64,000 nt of DNA. Origin: Eledone cirrhosa (lineage: Eukaryota). The notes below the pieces were generated by a model, which saw only the letters and a list, made by a program, of their open reading frames with translations, was not told the DNA's origin and did not search any database. A program made the translations under genes and the position numbers. This document shows, one piece after another, positions 25,127 through 39,258 of this stretch. Each line of letters starts with the position of its first letter. Positions within the stretch are counted from its first letter, which is position 1. The stretch spans positions 19,530,001 to 19,594,000 of the forward strand of contig OZ024761.1 of NCBI GenBank assembly GCA_964016885.1. The letters are read 5' to 3'.

Positions 25127-27615
25127 AATAACTCTGGAAAATTATTTTACTGTAGAGTGCTTCCAATCTACTGTAAAACTCATTCTTTGATGTACTCATT
25201 GAATCTTGTTTAACTCTTTATAACGGCGATGAATTAGTTTTGCGAGGTTTTTTATATGAAATCGTGTGTCGAAACAAATATTGTTATAGCTGGGGAGGGT
25301 CATATTTGTGCAATATTGCCAGAATTAATAACAGAACACACTCACTGTTTGGTTGGTTTTCGCTTTTCGCTTCTGTGTCTTTTATATCGGTAACAATTTA
25401 CTCGGTCCTCAATGTTGCCATTGACTGACCGACGGTCAAAAATAATACAGATACAATATGGACACAAACACATATATATAGTTTATCATAAATCTTTCGT
25501 TGCACATCTGCAACATCGTCAGTGGTGCTATTATTTCCTCCCGTTGTATTGTATGTCTACGCCATTTTTATTCAGTCTGTCTATATATTTATTTATTTAT
25601 TTGCTTGTTTGTTTATTTTATTTTGTCTTCTTTGCGCATGTGTTTGCGTGTGTGTATAGTGTTTTGTTTGATGTGTGATGTGTGTTCATGATTGGGTGAC
25701 TAGTGTGTGTTTATGTGCTTGTGTATGTATTTATTTATTTATTTATGAGTGTGTTCTGTTATTAATTCTGGCAATATTGCACAAATATGACCCTCCCCAG
25801 GTATAACAATATATATATATATTAAATCTCTCCCAAGGTAACTCTCTCTTGTGTTGTTATTTTTATTTTTATCCTTTATACTCTTCCCTTCATTCTACAC
25901 ATCTCACACATGTTATACACACCACGCATCTCAACATACACCCACTTACATCTCTCTCTCTCCACCACCGGACCTTGTTACCCGGAGATTTACCCATTTG
26001 CATTGTCGAGGCTTCCAAACGACTTAAAGATATTTACTTATTGTTCCACAATGCTTCAAGCAAACTTCAATACTCTCATATATATATATATATATACAGG
26101 GAGTGTAACTTGGAGTTACTGTAGGTTCACCCGGGTGAGCACTCGATGTTTAGGTTCACTTCAGTGTCGAGGTGTAGAGTTAGACAGAGTGTATTATAGT
26201 GAAATAAAATAACAAGGACGATTGGTTACTCCTTCATTACGTTTATTGGTTGGTGACACGCGTTTCGCCACTGATCAGCTCAAGGTTTGATCTGTATCTA
26301 TCTATAATCCGTGGCTCATCAGATCCCTTATAATGGTAATGGAAAAAAGAAACATACAAACATACATACATTCAGACAGATATGTTTCTTTATTAACCAC
26401 AGGGGCACAAAAGAAGGGGACAAATACAAAGGGGGAAGTTTACATACAATAAAAACGTGTAAAATATTATCACAAATGCAATTTAAAAATTAGTCGATTT
26501 TCCCCAATAGGGGGAGACAGTTCATATGGGTAACACATACCCCCGAAGAAATGTGCAACCCTCATCTGCAGGAGTACGATCAGGCAGATAGATATATATA
26601 GACAGACAGTCAGAAGAACAGGTTTAAAACAATACCAACAACACTAACAACAACAGACATGCACATAAGATGCATTATGCAGCCGTTGTCTTTTATCTTG
26701 CATGGATCAATAAAAATCATGTAAATTGCAGCAAGAATTTTTCTTTAAGTTGCAACTTTCTGCACACACAGACACATACGCATGCACATACACAGTCACA
26801 CATACACATATATACATACACATACCCATATATACATACACATACACAGACTCACACACACACACACATATACACATACACATATATACATACACATACA
26901 CAGACTCACACACTCACACATATACACATACACATACACATATATACATACACAGACTCACACACACACATATACACATACACATACACATATATACATA
27001 CACATACACAGACTCACACACACACACATATACACATACACATACACATATATACATACACATACACAGACTCACACACACACACATATACACATACATA
27101 CACATACACAGACTCACACACACACACATATACACATACACATATATACATACACATACACAGACTCACACACACACACACACACATATACACATACACA
27201 TATATACATACACATACACAGACTCACACACACACACGCACACACATAGATACATAAACACACAGACACATACACATATAGACACACACATACATATACA
27301 CCTGCACACACACACACCTGTTCAGATGCAAGTGACAGTACTTAGTAAAAGAGCATTAGTTAACATGCAAATGTCGACAGGTGTGTGTATGTGTGGTGGT
27401 GGTGGGGAGGGGGAGATTTCTGTGTGTCTGTAAGCCTATTTGTGTGTGTGCATGTGTTAGGGTGTGTGTGTGTGGTGGTGGTGGGGAGGGGGAGATTTCT
27501 GTGTGTCTGTAAGCCTATTTGTGTGTGTGCATGTGTTAGTGTGTGTGTGTGTGTGTGGTGGTGGCGAGGGGGAGATTTCTGTGTGTCTGTAAGCCTATTT
27601 GTGTGTGTGCATGTG

Positions 27616-27664
<49 letters not shown>

Positions 27665-28302
27665 AAGAGTATATATATGTGTAGGTATGAGAGCATGTAT
27701 GCCTGTATGGGTATGTAAGCATGTGTATGTGTGTAAGCATATCTGTGACAGGGCCATAACTCTATGCATAACTCTATGGTTCTGATGTTCTCCCGATAAT
27801 GCCACATCACTGCCCTTAATGATTTCTGATTTAGGCACAAGGCCAACAATTTTGGGGGAGGGGGGGGAGTTAATTAAATCAACCCCAGTGCATTACTGGT
27901 ACTTTATTTAATCGACCTCTAACAAAAATACCCGCACCCCATCCACACCACCCCTTCCAATGTAAAGTTATGTTGGTACCACAGCATCCAGTCCGAAACA
28001 AATGAGGGCGTGTAGGTGTCACGACAAAAAAAAACACACAGTCCACACTGTAAACGTGGTTGGTGTTAGGAAGGGCATCCAGCCGTAGAAAACCTGCCAG
28101 ACAGTCCACGCTGTAATGTGGCCATGTAGGTAACACGGTAAAAACCTCCCAGCCCCACACTGTAAACGTGGTTGGTGTTAGGAAGGGCATCCAGCTGTAG
28201 AAAACCCGCTAGACAGTCCTATGCGAGTAAGACAACCAATCTTGCCTCAAGTGGGAAAATTCCCGTCCAAACCCATGCTAGCGTGGAAGATGGACGTTAA
28301 AC

Positions 28303-28334
<32 letters not shown>

Positions 28335-28559
28335 CCCTGTAAGGATGAAAGTCAAAGCTAACCTTGTCAGGATTTGAACTCAGAACCTAGTGAGCTGGAA
28401 AGAGGCAGTAGAAATACTTGCTAAGTATTTCAATATATTTATTTTTATAATGTAATCAAATATATGTTGTACTCTGTACTACGTAAGATATTAAATTAAA
28501 TCTGTATCAGTGGAGTGACCTGGTTTTTTTATTTTAACAACATTATAAATTCCTCGATT

Positions 28560-29460
28560 ACCCTACCACTATCATACCATTACCACACCACCACCCCATC
28601 TCTACACCTACCACTATCATACCATTACCCCCACCACAATCTCCACACCACTACCACACCACGACCCCCCCCCCCACTACTACCCCACCGCCACCACCCC
28701 ATCTCTACACCTACCACTATCATACCATTACCCCCACCACAATCTCCACACCACTACCACACCACTACCACACCACGACCCCCCCACTACTACTCCACCG
28801 CCACCCCCCATCACTACACCTACCATTACCACACCACTACCACACCACGACCCCCCACTACTACCCCACCGCCACCCCCATCGCTACACCTACCACTACC
28901 ACACCACGACCGCCACTACTACTCCACCGCCACCCCCATCGCTACACCTACCACTACCACACACCGTTACCCCACCACCACCATACCGCTACCACACCAA
29001 GAGCCCCACTACTACCCCACCGCCACCCCCATCGCTACGCCTACCACTACCACACCATTACCCCACCACTACCACACTACTACCACACCACGACTCCACC
29101 ACCACTGCCACACTACTACCACACCACGACCACACCACGACCCCACCACCACTACCACACTACTACCACACCACGACCACACCACGACCCCACCACCACT
29201 ACCACACTACTACCACACCACGACCACACCACGACCCCACCACCACTACCCCACCACCACCACCACCACCACCACCCCATCTCTACTCCTACCACCACAT
29301 CTGCCATGACTCCAGCTTATCACTAAATTTTCATTCTAACAACATAAACTTCCCACAACTCCCATCACAACCTCCACCACTACCGCACTATTACCTCACC
29401 TCACACCACCATCCCGTCATTACCCCACTCACCACTACTCCACCACAAGCCCTACCACAC
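28560..29460. repeat. Degenerate (CCA/CTA)n low-complexity tract
   Basis: Direct inspection. Confidence 0.9.
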
Positions 29461-29737
29461 CATGGCTAGAGCTGTGAAATCTTGTATGCATTAATTTCAA
29501 CTTATCTTAATAATAACTGCATTGTTTCTTTCCAAGGACTGTATTGAAAAATAAACCTCATTTGGTCATTCCATGAGAGTATCTTGGTCAGCCTATTTCG
29601 ACTTAATGATAACTGCATTGTTTCTTTCCAGGCACTATGCTGAAAAATAAACCTCATTTGGTCATTCCATGAGAGTAACTTGGTCAGCATATGAACTTTT
29701 CAGCTGACCCTTGTATATATTATATTGCTTAAAATAG

Positions 29738-29812
<75 letters not shown>

Positions 29813-30103
29813 GGAGGTGAGTTTTATTGTAGCACAATAAAGCAATGCAAATATCGGATAACTACCACTCTACAGTTTGTAGGACTGGATTATAAATAAT
29901 ATAAGATCAAAATATGGTTAAAAGAGTTCCAACTATTTTATTACATGGTTATTCAAGAATGGTGATTTAATATATATATATATATATATATAAATTACAT
30001 GAATCAAAGTTCTGTTCAAATCATTTATTCGCTTTAGGGTTTAAAATATATATAACTATAAAAGGTTTTAGTATATACATAACCATAAATAGTATCCTTA
30101 ATA

Positions 30104-30171
<68 letters not shown>

Positions 30172-31138
30172 GTGAGGTTATTTTTACAAATTGAAAAATA
30201 ACCGAGGTGTCCTATACGAGTGAAAGTATAAAGAAAAAGAGATGAAATCGAAAATGCAACTGGAGTCTTATTTTTAAAAAAAATATATATATTTATTTGG
30301 TTCCTTTATATATATTAAATCACCATTCTTGAATAACCATGTAACAGAAATATATATATTGCAATAAGCAATTATGGTGAGTTAATCCTTCCTTAACTAC
30401 CATTATTTGATAACTGAATACTCACTCAGTGTCTCCTATCTGGGATAAACTACTGACATGAAGTGATTTGGATCACTCAGACCAGGAAGTGATTTGGATC
30501 ACTATCACCAGGAAGTTACTACATAACAACTAAGATAAACAACACTCTTGTATATATGTGTATATATATATATATATATTTATATATAAATATAGAATAT
30601 GCTTCGATCATTCCCGGTGGGAGCTGTTTATCATCATCATCATCATCATCATCAGGTTTAGCGTCCGTGTTCCACGCTTGCATGGGTTTGGACGGGGGTT
30701 TTCCCACTTGAGGCAAGAGTGGTTGTCTTGCTCGCATAGGACTGTCTGGCGGGTTTTCTACAGTTGGATGCCCTTCCTAACACCAACCACATTTACAGTG
30801 TGGGGCTGGGAGGTTTTTACCGTGTTGCCTACACGGCCACATTACAGCGTGGACTGTCTGGCGGGTTTTCTACAGCTGGATGCCCTTCCTAACACCAACC
30901 ACATTTACAGTGTGGGGCTGGGAGGTTTTTACCGTGTTGCCTACACGGCCACATTTACAGCGTGGACTGTGTGTTTTTCTGTCGTGACACCTACACGATC
31001 TCATTTGTTTCGGCCTGGATGTTGTGGGACCAACATAACTTTACATTGAAGGGGCGGTGTGGATGGGGTGGAGGTGGTGGGACGGGGGTGTGTTTTGATA
31101 GAGATGCCTACTGACTGTAGTAGGTTTTTACTTTGTAT

Positions 31139-31468
31139 TTAGGTAAGGCGGGTCTTCTCTATTACTGAGTACCGCCAAAGGTCTCGGTCCAGTGACATTG
31201 TCTTGGAGAGGTGTAAGTGTGTGAGGTCGGAATTTATCAGCTCGTCCCATGTTTTTCTGGGTCTGCCTACTCCGTGGCTACCGTCTATCTTTATTGCCCT
31301 GCACTTTGTTATACAGCTGTCGTCTTTCATGCTCATCACGTGACCGTACCAACGTAGCCTTCTCTCGAGTAAACAACATCTGATCCCTCTTATTTCTAAT
31401 TTTTTCCTTAGTTCGTTTATGCTTTGCCGTTCACGTATATTACTATTGCACATCCAGCGGAGCATGCA
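31139..31468 (-). mobile_element. RTE-clade LINE 3' fragment
   Basis: MLRWMC...RRLRWYGHV...GRPRKTW...DRDLWR motifs. Confidence 0.9.
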
Positions 31469-31884
31469 TATATATAACTATATATATATATATAGTTATG
31501 TAATAAACAACATAAGGTAATTATTTCATTTACCAGTGGTTTCTTGAAAGCAAACAAATCTGCTTTCAGTCATCAGAATGAAAAAAATCCTGGTGTTTTT
31601 ATTGAATGTGGATATGAAAACCCACAATGTTTTCATATCCACATTCAATAAAAACACCAGGATTTTTTACATTTATAAAATTTAAAAAAAAAAAAAATTT
31701 TTTTCTAATCCGGAAAAAAATTCTTTTTGGATTTTGTGAAGAAAATAAATTTGTTGAAAGCACAAGTGAAGCCATTTTTTTCTTCCCCCCTGTCTTAATA
31801 TACCTAACTGTACCAAGGATTACACACATTTTCCAATATATATATGTATATATATATATATATCTGTGTATATATATATATATA

Positions 31885-32525
31885 TGATGGACTCGCCTGT
31901 CGATTGAGATTGTACTTCAGTTTGTCCTCATACTGGAGTAGCGAACTGCTCACTCTATGCACACCATCCTGGAGCTGACTGTACAATGGTACCTTAGGTG
32001 GGTGGTCCTCAGACATTCGTAGGACATGACCAGCTCATCTGAGTTGGGATTGCATCAGAAATGACTCAATCCAACCAATGTTGCACCTTGCGAATAGTTC
32101 GGCATTGGAGATTCTGTCAGAAAGTGCATATCCACAGACAGAACGAAGACAATATTTGTGGAAAGCATCAAGCTTATGTTTGTGAGTGCAGTGAAGTGTC
32201 GATGACTGAGTAATATAAGAGTGTTGTCAGTATCACTGCATGATAAACTGCAACTTTTGTTTTCAGGGACATACCTCTGACACTTCATAGGCAGTGATGC
32301 AGTTTACCAAAAGCATCAGTTGACTTGAAGATGCAATTAATAACCTCAACATAGAGAGTGGTTCTCCTTGCTGCCAAGATAAGGAAAGGAGCTCACATAC
32401 TTCAGATCCTTGGCATCAATAGTGATGGGTGCAAGGGGATGCCCCTGATCTAGCTGCATCTGTTTAATGCCTCCTACATTCCTTGGGGATGGCTTCTCGA
32501 TGCTTAGAAAGATGAAGGATGCCTG
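31885..32525 (-). mobile_element. Degraded RTE-clade LINE fragment
   Basis: VSSFPYLGS, and further on GHVLRMSEDHPPK..LYSQL remnants with frameshifts. Confidence 0.75.
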
Positions 32526-32597
32526 GTGTGTATATATATATATGTATCTATGTATTTGAGTCCCCAGTTGAATTGGGGGCAACCATAGTTAGTATAA

Positions 32598-32690
32598 GCT
32601 ACTCAATACATTAGTAGAGTGTAGGGCTTTCCTGATGATTTCTTTTGAATGAAACAGTTCTAGTCCTGTAAAAGCCATTTTAATATTAAA
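32598..32690 (+). ncRNA. Family A hammerhead motif, without a full antisense arm
   Basis: ggctttc CTGATGA t TTC tttt GAA t GAA ACAG ttctagtc CTGT A aaagcc. Confidence 0.6.
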
Positions 32691-33441
32691 ATTTATATAT
32701 ACATATATGTGTGTATATTATTGCTAGGAACCTTATAAATATAATACACAAAAATATACAATCAAAGTGAAAAAACCCCCATTAATTTAACAATAAGGGC
32801 GTCAATCTGTCACACACCACACAAGAGTAATACGAAATTTTTTATTATTTAACAGTGCAAGGGAGATAAATCTGAAAATTTTTAACACAACGTTTATTGA
32901 TGATATGTGCGTGACTCATTATTTTAAACGTTTTGCTTCTACAAATAATAAACATCATATAATTAAATTAGAACAAATGTTGGTAAATATTTACTACTTC
33001 ATATGTCACCCTTTAGACGTGAAAGGTTTTTTTTTCTTTATTGTTTTCGGCGTGTTTTGAACAATCTGACCTTCAAAACCATCGTAAATTATTCGTTTTG
33101 GGGGGCATTTTTTTAGTTAAGTAACCCCCATACCTCCCAGTTGTCAGTTTCGGACACCTCGGTAGAAAACGGGGGTTCTCTGATGAAGGGACCAGAGAAA
33201 ATGAGTAATTTATGGCGGCTTTAAAGGCCATATTCCTTCAAAACACATTTTTAAAAAACTCACACACGCAGAGGAAAAACATATTTTATGTTTGTTTCAA
33301 AGGCCAGATTAGTTCAAAACACATAAAAAAATCATGGTTAAAACTATATAAATTTTATCTTTAATGAGAAGCAGGTGTAATAATAAATATTTACCTATAT
33401 TTTTTTTTTTTTTTACATTTCAGTAAATTTTTTATTACATT

Positions 33442-34086
33442 ACCTACCAGACGTCAATATCTCTGGTCCCTGAGGACCCGTGTTAGTCATGGGGTACTAT
33501 ATCTTCCTCCAGACATACCAGACATAAATATCTCTGGTCTCTGGGTGTCAGTGAAGACCAAGGGCACTGTCCCTTCCTCCAGACCTACCAGACATCAATC
33601 TCTCTGATCTCAGAGGTCCTGTGAAGGCTGTGGGCACTGTCCCTTCCTCCAGATCTACCAGACATCAATATCTCTGGTCTCAGTGTCTCAGTAAAGGCCA
33701 TGGGGCACTGTCCCTTCCTCCAGACCTACCAGACATCAATATCTCTGGTCTCAGTGTCTCAGTAAAGGCCATGGGGCACTGCCCCTTCCTCCAGATCTAC
33801 CAGACATCAATATCTCTGGTCTCAGTGTCTCAGTAAAGGCCATGGGGCACTGTCCCTTCCTCCAGACCTACCAGACATCAATACCTCTGGTCTCAGTGTC
33901 TCAGTAAAGGCCATGGGGCACTGTCCCTTCCTCCAGATCTACCAGACATCAATATCTCTGGTCTCAGTGTCTCAGTAAAGGCCATGGGGCACTGCCCCTT
34001 CCTCAAGACCTACCAGACATCAATATCTCCCTCCTTGGAGGTCCTGTGAAAGCTATGAGGTCACTGTCCCTTACTTCAGACCTACC
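33442..34086. repeat. 71-bp tandem minisatellite, about 9 units
   Basis: cagtaaaggccatggggcactgtcccttcctccagacctaccagacatcaatatctctggtctcagtgtct at 33689, 33760, 33831 ...; outer units diverged. Confidence 0.95.
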
Positions 34087-34249
34087 AAGTATAAAAAATA
34101 AAATATATAAAATAAAATCTCTGCTCCATTAGGGGCCTTAACACGATCAAACTGCAGGAACGTCCTTCAAACCTGTTCCTAGCTGTCATTGTTGAAGTTG
34201 ACACCACCACCATCGTCACCATCATCACCACCATTATCACTATCATCAT

Positions 34250-35130
34250 AATAATATAATGAAAATGATTGTGTACAGTGCTCAGACGCACTACAACTCA
34301 TCAAAGGTGCATGTATAGCACATAGAATAATGTACAAATGTTCAGGAAAGTGAACAGTGTATGAGTCATGGTATACACACAGATACATGTTTGTATGTGT
34401 ATGGAGGGGGAATATCAGGTGTTGTGTTGGCGAATTTTAGGAAGCATGGAGGTTCTAAAGGATGCAGTGTCTCGACAGCTAACAACTGATGCAGGTAGTT
34501 TGTTTCATGGAGGTTTTAAAGGATGCAGTGTCTCGACAGCTAACAACTGATGCAGGTAGTTTGTTTCATGGAGGTTTTAAAGGATGCAGTGTCTCGACAG
34601 CTAACAACTGATGCAGGTAGTTTGTTTTATGGAGGTTTTAAAGGATGCAGTGTCTCGGCAGCTAACAACTGATGCAGGTAGTTTGTTTTATGGAGGTTTT
34701 AAAGGATGCAGTGTCTCGACAGCTAACAACTGATGCAGGTAGTTTGTTTTATGGAGGTTTTAAAGGATGCAGTGTCTCAGCAGCTAACAACTGATGCAGG
34801 TAGTTTGTTTTATGGAGGTTTTAAAGGATGCAGTGTCTCGACAGCTAACAACTGATGCAGGTAGTTTGTTTTATGGAGGTTTTAAAGGATGCAGTGTCTC
34901 GGCAGCTAACAACTGATGCAGGTAGTTTGTTCCATGCTTCATCAACTCGGAGCATGAAAAAATGTTTCTGAAAGTCATGGGAGCTGTTCTGTTTTCTGAT
35001 TTTGAAAGCATGTCCACAGGTGTTAGACACATGGAATTCAAAAAGGTGTTCAGAGTTGTTGTGAGAAAGATGGTTAATAATTTTGTGGGTGTCTACCAAG
35101 TCAGTTGCCAGATGTTGGAGCTTTAATGAA
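34250..35130 (-). mobile_element. CR1/L2-type LINE 3' end with an internal 61-bp segment tandemly amplified about 8 times
   Basis: THKII...TCGHAFKI...RKHFF.LRV..AWNKLP..VV motif; 61-bp unit at 34446, 34507 ...; unamplified sibling at 52010-52545. Confidence 0.85.
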
Positions 35131-36054
35131 CGATCAATTGATGGAGTCCTTAGGCAATCACTTGAACCACTAGAAACAACAGCCAAATCCTCCACAAGTC
35201 ACACACCCTCCACAGACACATTGGACAAAACAGTTTTAAAAGCATAATGACTATGAATGGAATCTCTTTGATCAGAGATCTACTCGTTCAAGGCTAACCT
35301 GGGGCTAAACAGCAATAATTTTATTAATAACATCACCATTTCTATAACCCTAACCAACACCACCACCCTTATCACTATCACCATCATCATCACCACTATC
35401 AACATCATCATAACCACCATCACCAACCGTATCACCACCATCACCACCACCACCACCACCATTATCGTCATCATCATCATCACCATCACCACCACCACCG
35501 CCACCACCACCACCACCATCTCCACCACCATCATCATCCCCATCATCATCACCACCATCATCACCACCATCATCATCATCATCATCACTAACAGCAGCAG
35601 CACTAACATCACCATAGCACTCCGTCAACATCGTCGTTAGCGTCACCTTCCCCGCCATACTCTGGAATAAACGCAGCGATATTGATAGTGATGATGATGA
35701 TAGTAATATTAATTAGCGGTGGCGGCGGCGGTGGTGGGAATGTCTTGTTGGAACGATGGCGGGGACCGATGGTGGTGATGGTGGTAATGATGGTAGTAGT
35801 GGCGGTGGTGGTGGTGGTGGTGGTGGTGTCTTTGGGGGCGATGGTCGTGATGGTGATGGTGGTGGTAGTGATGATGGTGGTGATGTTGATGCTGGATTTA
35901 GTGATGATGGTGGCGATGGCGGAGTTGTGTCTTGGTCGGATGGTGGCAGTGGCGGCTTCTTATTTCTCACTTTCTTTCTTTCTTTCTCTTTTTCTCTCTA
36001 TTTTTAACTGTTTCTTTCTCCCCATCCTCTTCCTATTACTCCTCGTCGACAAAT

Positions 36055-36130
36055 CTAACCAATGAGCGTCGAGCCTGCAGAAGTAACGTAGTGAAAGTTT
36101 TTAAAAAGAGGCGCGATCAAGATGGCGGAA
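36055..36130 (+). promoter_or_regulatory. LIN9 proximal promoter/5'UTR: CCAAT box, CHR-like TTTAAA, CDE-like GGCGCG, YY1-like CAAGATGGCG
   Basis: CCAAT 36059-36063; TTTAAA 36100-36105; 4-nt spacer; GGCGCG 36110-36115; caagATGgcg overlaps the start codon. Confidence 0.6.
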
Positions 36131-36143
36131 GAGTCATTGGAAA
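36122..36143 (+). CDS. LIN9: LIN9 coding exon 1 (MAEESLE)
   Basis: aagATGgcg start; donor |GTGAGT at 36144; phase 1 join to 47366 gives MAEESLESSSAKALV, resembling vertebrate LIN9 MAE...SSSAKALV. Confidence 0.8.
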
Positions 36144-36552
36144 GTGAGTTGTTGTTATCTTGTTCCCGTCGCTTGTGTGGCCCCACCCTGTATCTCTAGC
36201 CCCGGTTATATCCACAGGACGGCCCTATGTAATGCCAATCATGGCCCATGGCCCACATCGTGCACTTCCCGTCTCTATTTACACGCCAATATATATATAC
36301 ATATACCACACTCGGTTCGCTTCCTATGTGTTGTATAGTTGTATATACACCACTTAAGTTTTTCCTGTGTCCTGTTGTTGTAAATATACATATCTTTAGA
36401 TCTGTGTATATATATTTATATATCTCCTTCCTCATCGGCTAAGGAACTACATGGATCCTCCTATATATCAATGCTGTGTATATATATATATATACGTGTA
36501 TGCGTTGTAAAAAAATATATCTGCACCGAAAGATATATATATTTATGTGTGT

Positions 36553-36630
<78 letters not shown>

Positions 36631-36633
36631 TTA

Positions 36634-36682
<49 letters not shown>

Positions 36683-37785
36683 ATATATATATATATCTTT
36701 CTCTCTTTATAAATATGTATGTCTTGTTTGTGTATGAGACAGCACCTTAATTGATTTCAAATAGATCTATGTCTCTCTGATATTTCTTGGGTATTTTCCT
36801 TCCGTAGCCGTTTTTTTTTTATTACTTGTTCTAATATACCTTTCGATCTGTATATATATATATATATAGTGTGTGTGTGTGTATATATATATGCTTATAT
36901 ATATATATATACATGCACACACACACACATACATATGTATGTATATGTTTATATATATATATATATATATATGAACACATATATATATATATACATACAT
37001 GTGTATGTATATTTATATACGCTATACATTCTATATCTATCTACTGCTCATACACTTACTTATATATAAATATAATTTCTGAACTATTTAGAGAGTACAC
37101 GATACCTTTGGGGTGGGTTTCTTAATTACAATAGATCTACATCTACTTTCTTTCTACTTGTTATTTGCTCACAATTTCCTTCCGTAGTTGTTTTTAAATG
37201 TTCTACTTATCGATCTATCTACCTATCTATCTGTGGCGCCTCCCCCCTATTGGGGATTTCGATTGTTGTAATTGTTTGTTTTTAGATTTTTTACACGACT
37301 GTATGTAAAATCCCCGGCATGTCTTTGTATTGTCCCCTTTTCTTGTGCGCCCTTGTGGCTAATAAAGAAATCTATCTATCTATCTATCTACCTTTCTATC
37401 TTCTTACATACCTATCTACCTACCGACATATCTACCCACCCACCTGTCTGTCTGTCTGTCTGCCTACCTATCTATCGTCTACCTTTCTACATATCTACCT
37501 ACCGACATATCTATCTACCCACCCACCTACCTATCGTCTGTCTGTCTATCGTCTACATATTTTCCTACCTACATGCCTATCTATCTATATCTATCTGTCT
37601 ACCTTCCTATCGATCTATCTGCCAATAACATACACGCGTAGATAGATATATAGATCTCCACATACCACAAGAGTGCTTGATGTATATGTGTCCTTTTTTT
37701 TATAAAAAATACTGTCAGATTTCCCCCTATATATTTTGTCTTCAACAATCACACACCCCTTTTGCCATAGAATGCATGTATGTAC

Positions 37786-37824
<39 letters not shown>

Positions 37825-38054
37825 TAGATATATGTGTGTATATCTACCTATATATCTATCCATATATATATAAACATAGATATATGTGTGTATATCTACC
37901 TATATATCTATCCATATATATATAAACATAGATATATATGTGTGTATATCTACCTATATATCTATCCATATATAAACATAGATATATATGTGTGTATATC
38001 TACCTATATATCTATCCATATATAAACATAGATATATATGTGTGTATATCTATC

Positions 38055-38085
<31 letters not shown>

Positions 38086-39181
38086 ATGTATACATACACG
38101 TCTGCCTTCTCGCTACCACGCTTACACAGGGGCTCCCAGATCGTATTGTGCCTAATCTCGCATTAATTAACAAAATCTCATTTAATTTCATCACCGTAAT
38201 ACCCTTTCATTAACTGTCTAATTACTTTTCTCCAATTATTATTTAATAGTAACCTTTGCCCCACTGTTAATCTCTTTGTGTTCCTGTCCCTTTTGAAGTA
38301 TCGCTACAGGTACACATAAACATGCATACACTTATACTGTGTGTAGTGTTTATATATATATATATATATATATAAAACGGAGTTGTGGTAAGGAACCAGA
38401 TGGACCATAACGCACCAAAGTACTCAATACTTAGTATTGAGTACTTTGGTGCGTTATGGTCCATCTGGTTCCTTACCACAATGCCTTCGTTATATATATA
38501 TGTGTGTATATATGTATGTGTGTGTGTATATATGTATGTGTGTGTGTATATATGTATGTGTGTGTATATATATATATGTATGTGTGTGTGTATGTGTATA
38601 TATGTATGTGTGTGTGCTTATGTGTATATGTGTATGTGTGTGTGTGTGTGTGTGCATATGTGTATATATGTGTATGTGTTTGTGTGTATATATGTATGTG
38701 TGTGTGTGCATATGTGTATATATGTATGTGTGTGTGTGTGTGTGCATATGTGTATATATGTATGTGTGTGTGTGTGTGCATATGTGTATATATGTATGTG
38801 TGTATGTGTTTGTGTGCATATGTGTATATATGTATGTGTGCATATGTTTGGATGTGTATATGTGTATATATGTATGTGCGTGTGTGTGTATATGTATATA
38901 TGTGTATGTATATATATGTATATATGTGTGTGTATGTATATATATATATATATGTGTGTGTATGTATATATATATATATATGTGTGTGTATGTATATATA
39001 TATATATATGTGTATGTATATATATATGTGTGTGTATGTATATATATATATATATGTGTGGGGTATATATATATATATATATACACATGTGTGTGTCTAT
39101 ATATATGTGTGCATATATATTTACATAGTATTTGTCCAGACTAAGTTCGGTAGTCTCTATATGCAGATTTGTCATTGTGTG

Positions 39182-39258
<77 letters not shown>

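Noticed and set aside
33174-33200. CTGATGA...GAAA near 33180 as a hammerhead (also 41032 and 23470 minus)
   Set aside because: No stem III/NUH and stem I pairing; at 33180 the motif sits in an unrelated small hairpin.
32700-33430. Possible DNA transposon/MITE
   Set aside because: No terminal inverted repeats, target-site duplication or transposase remnant identifiable by eye.
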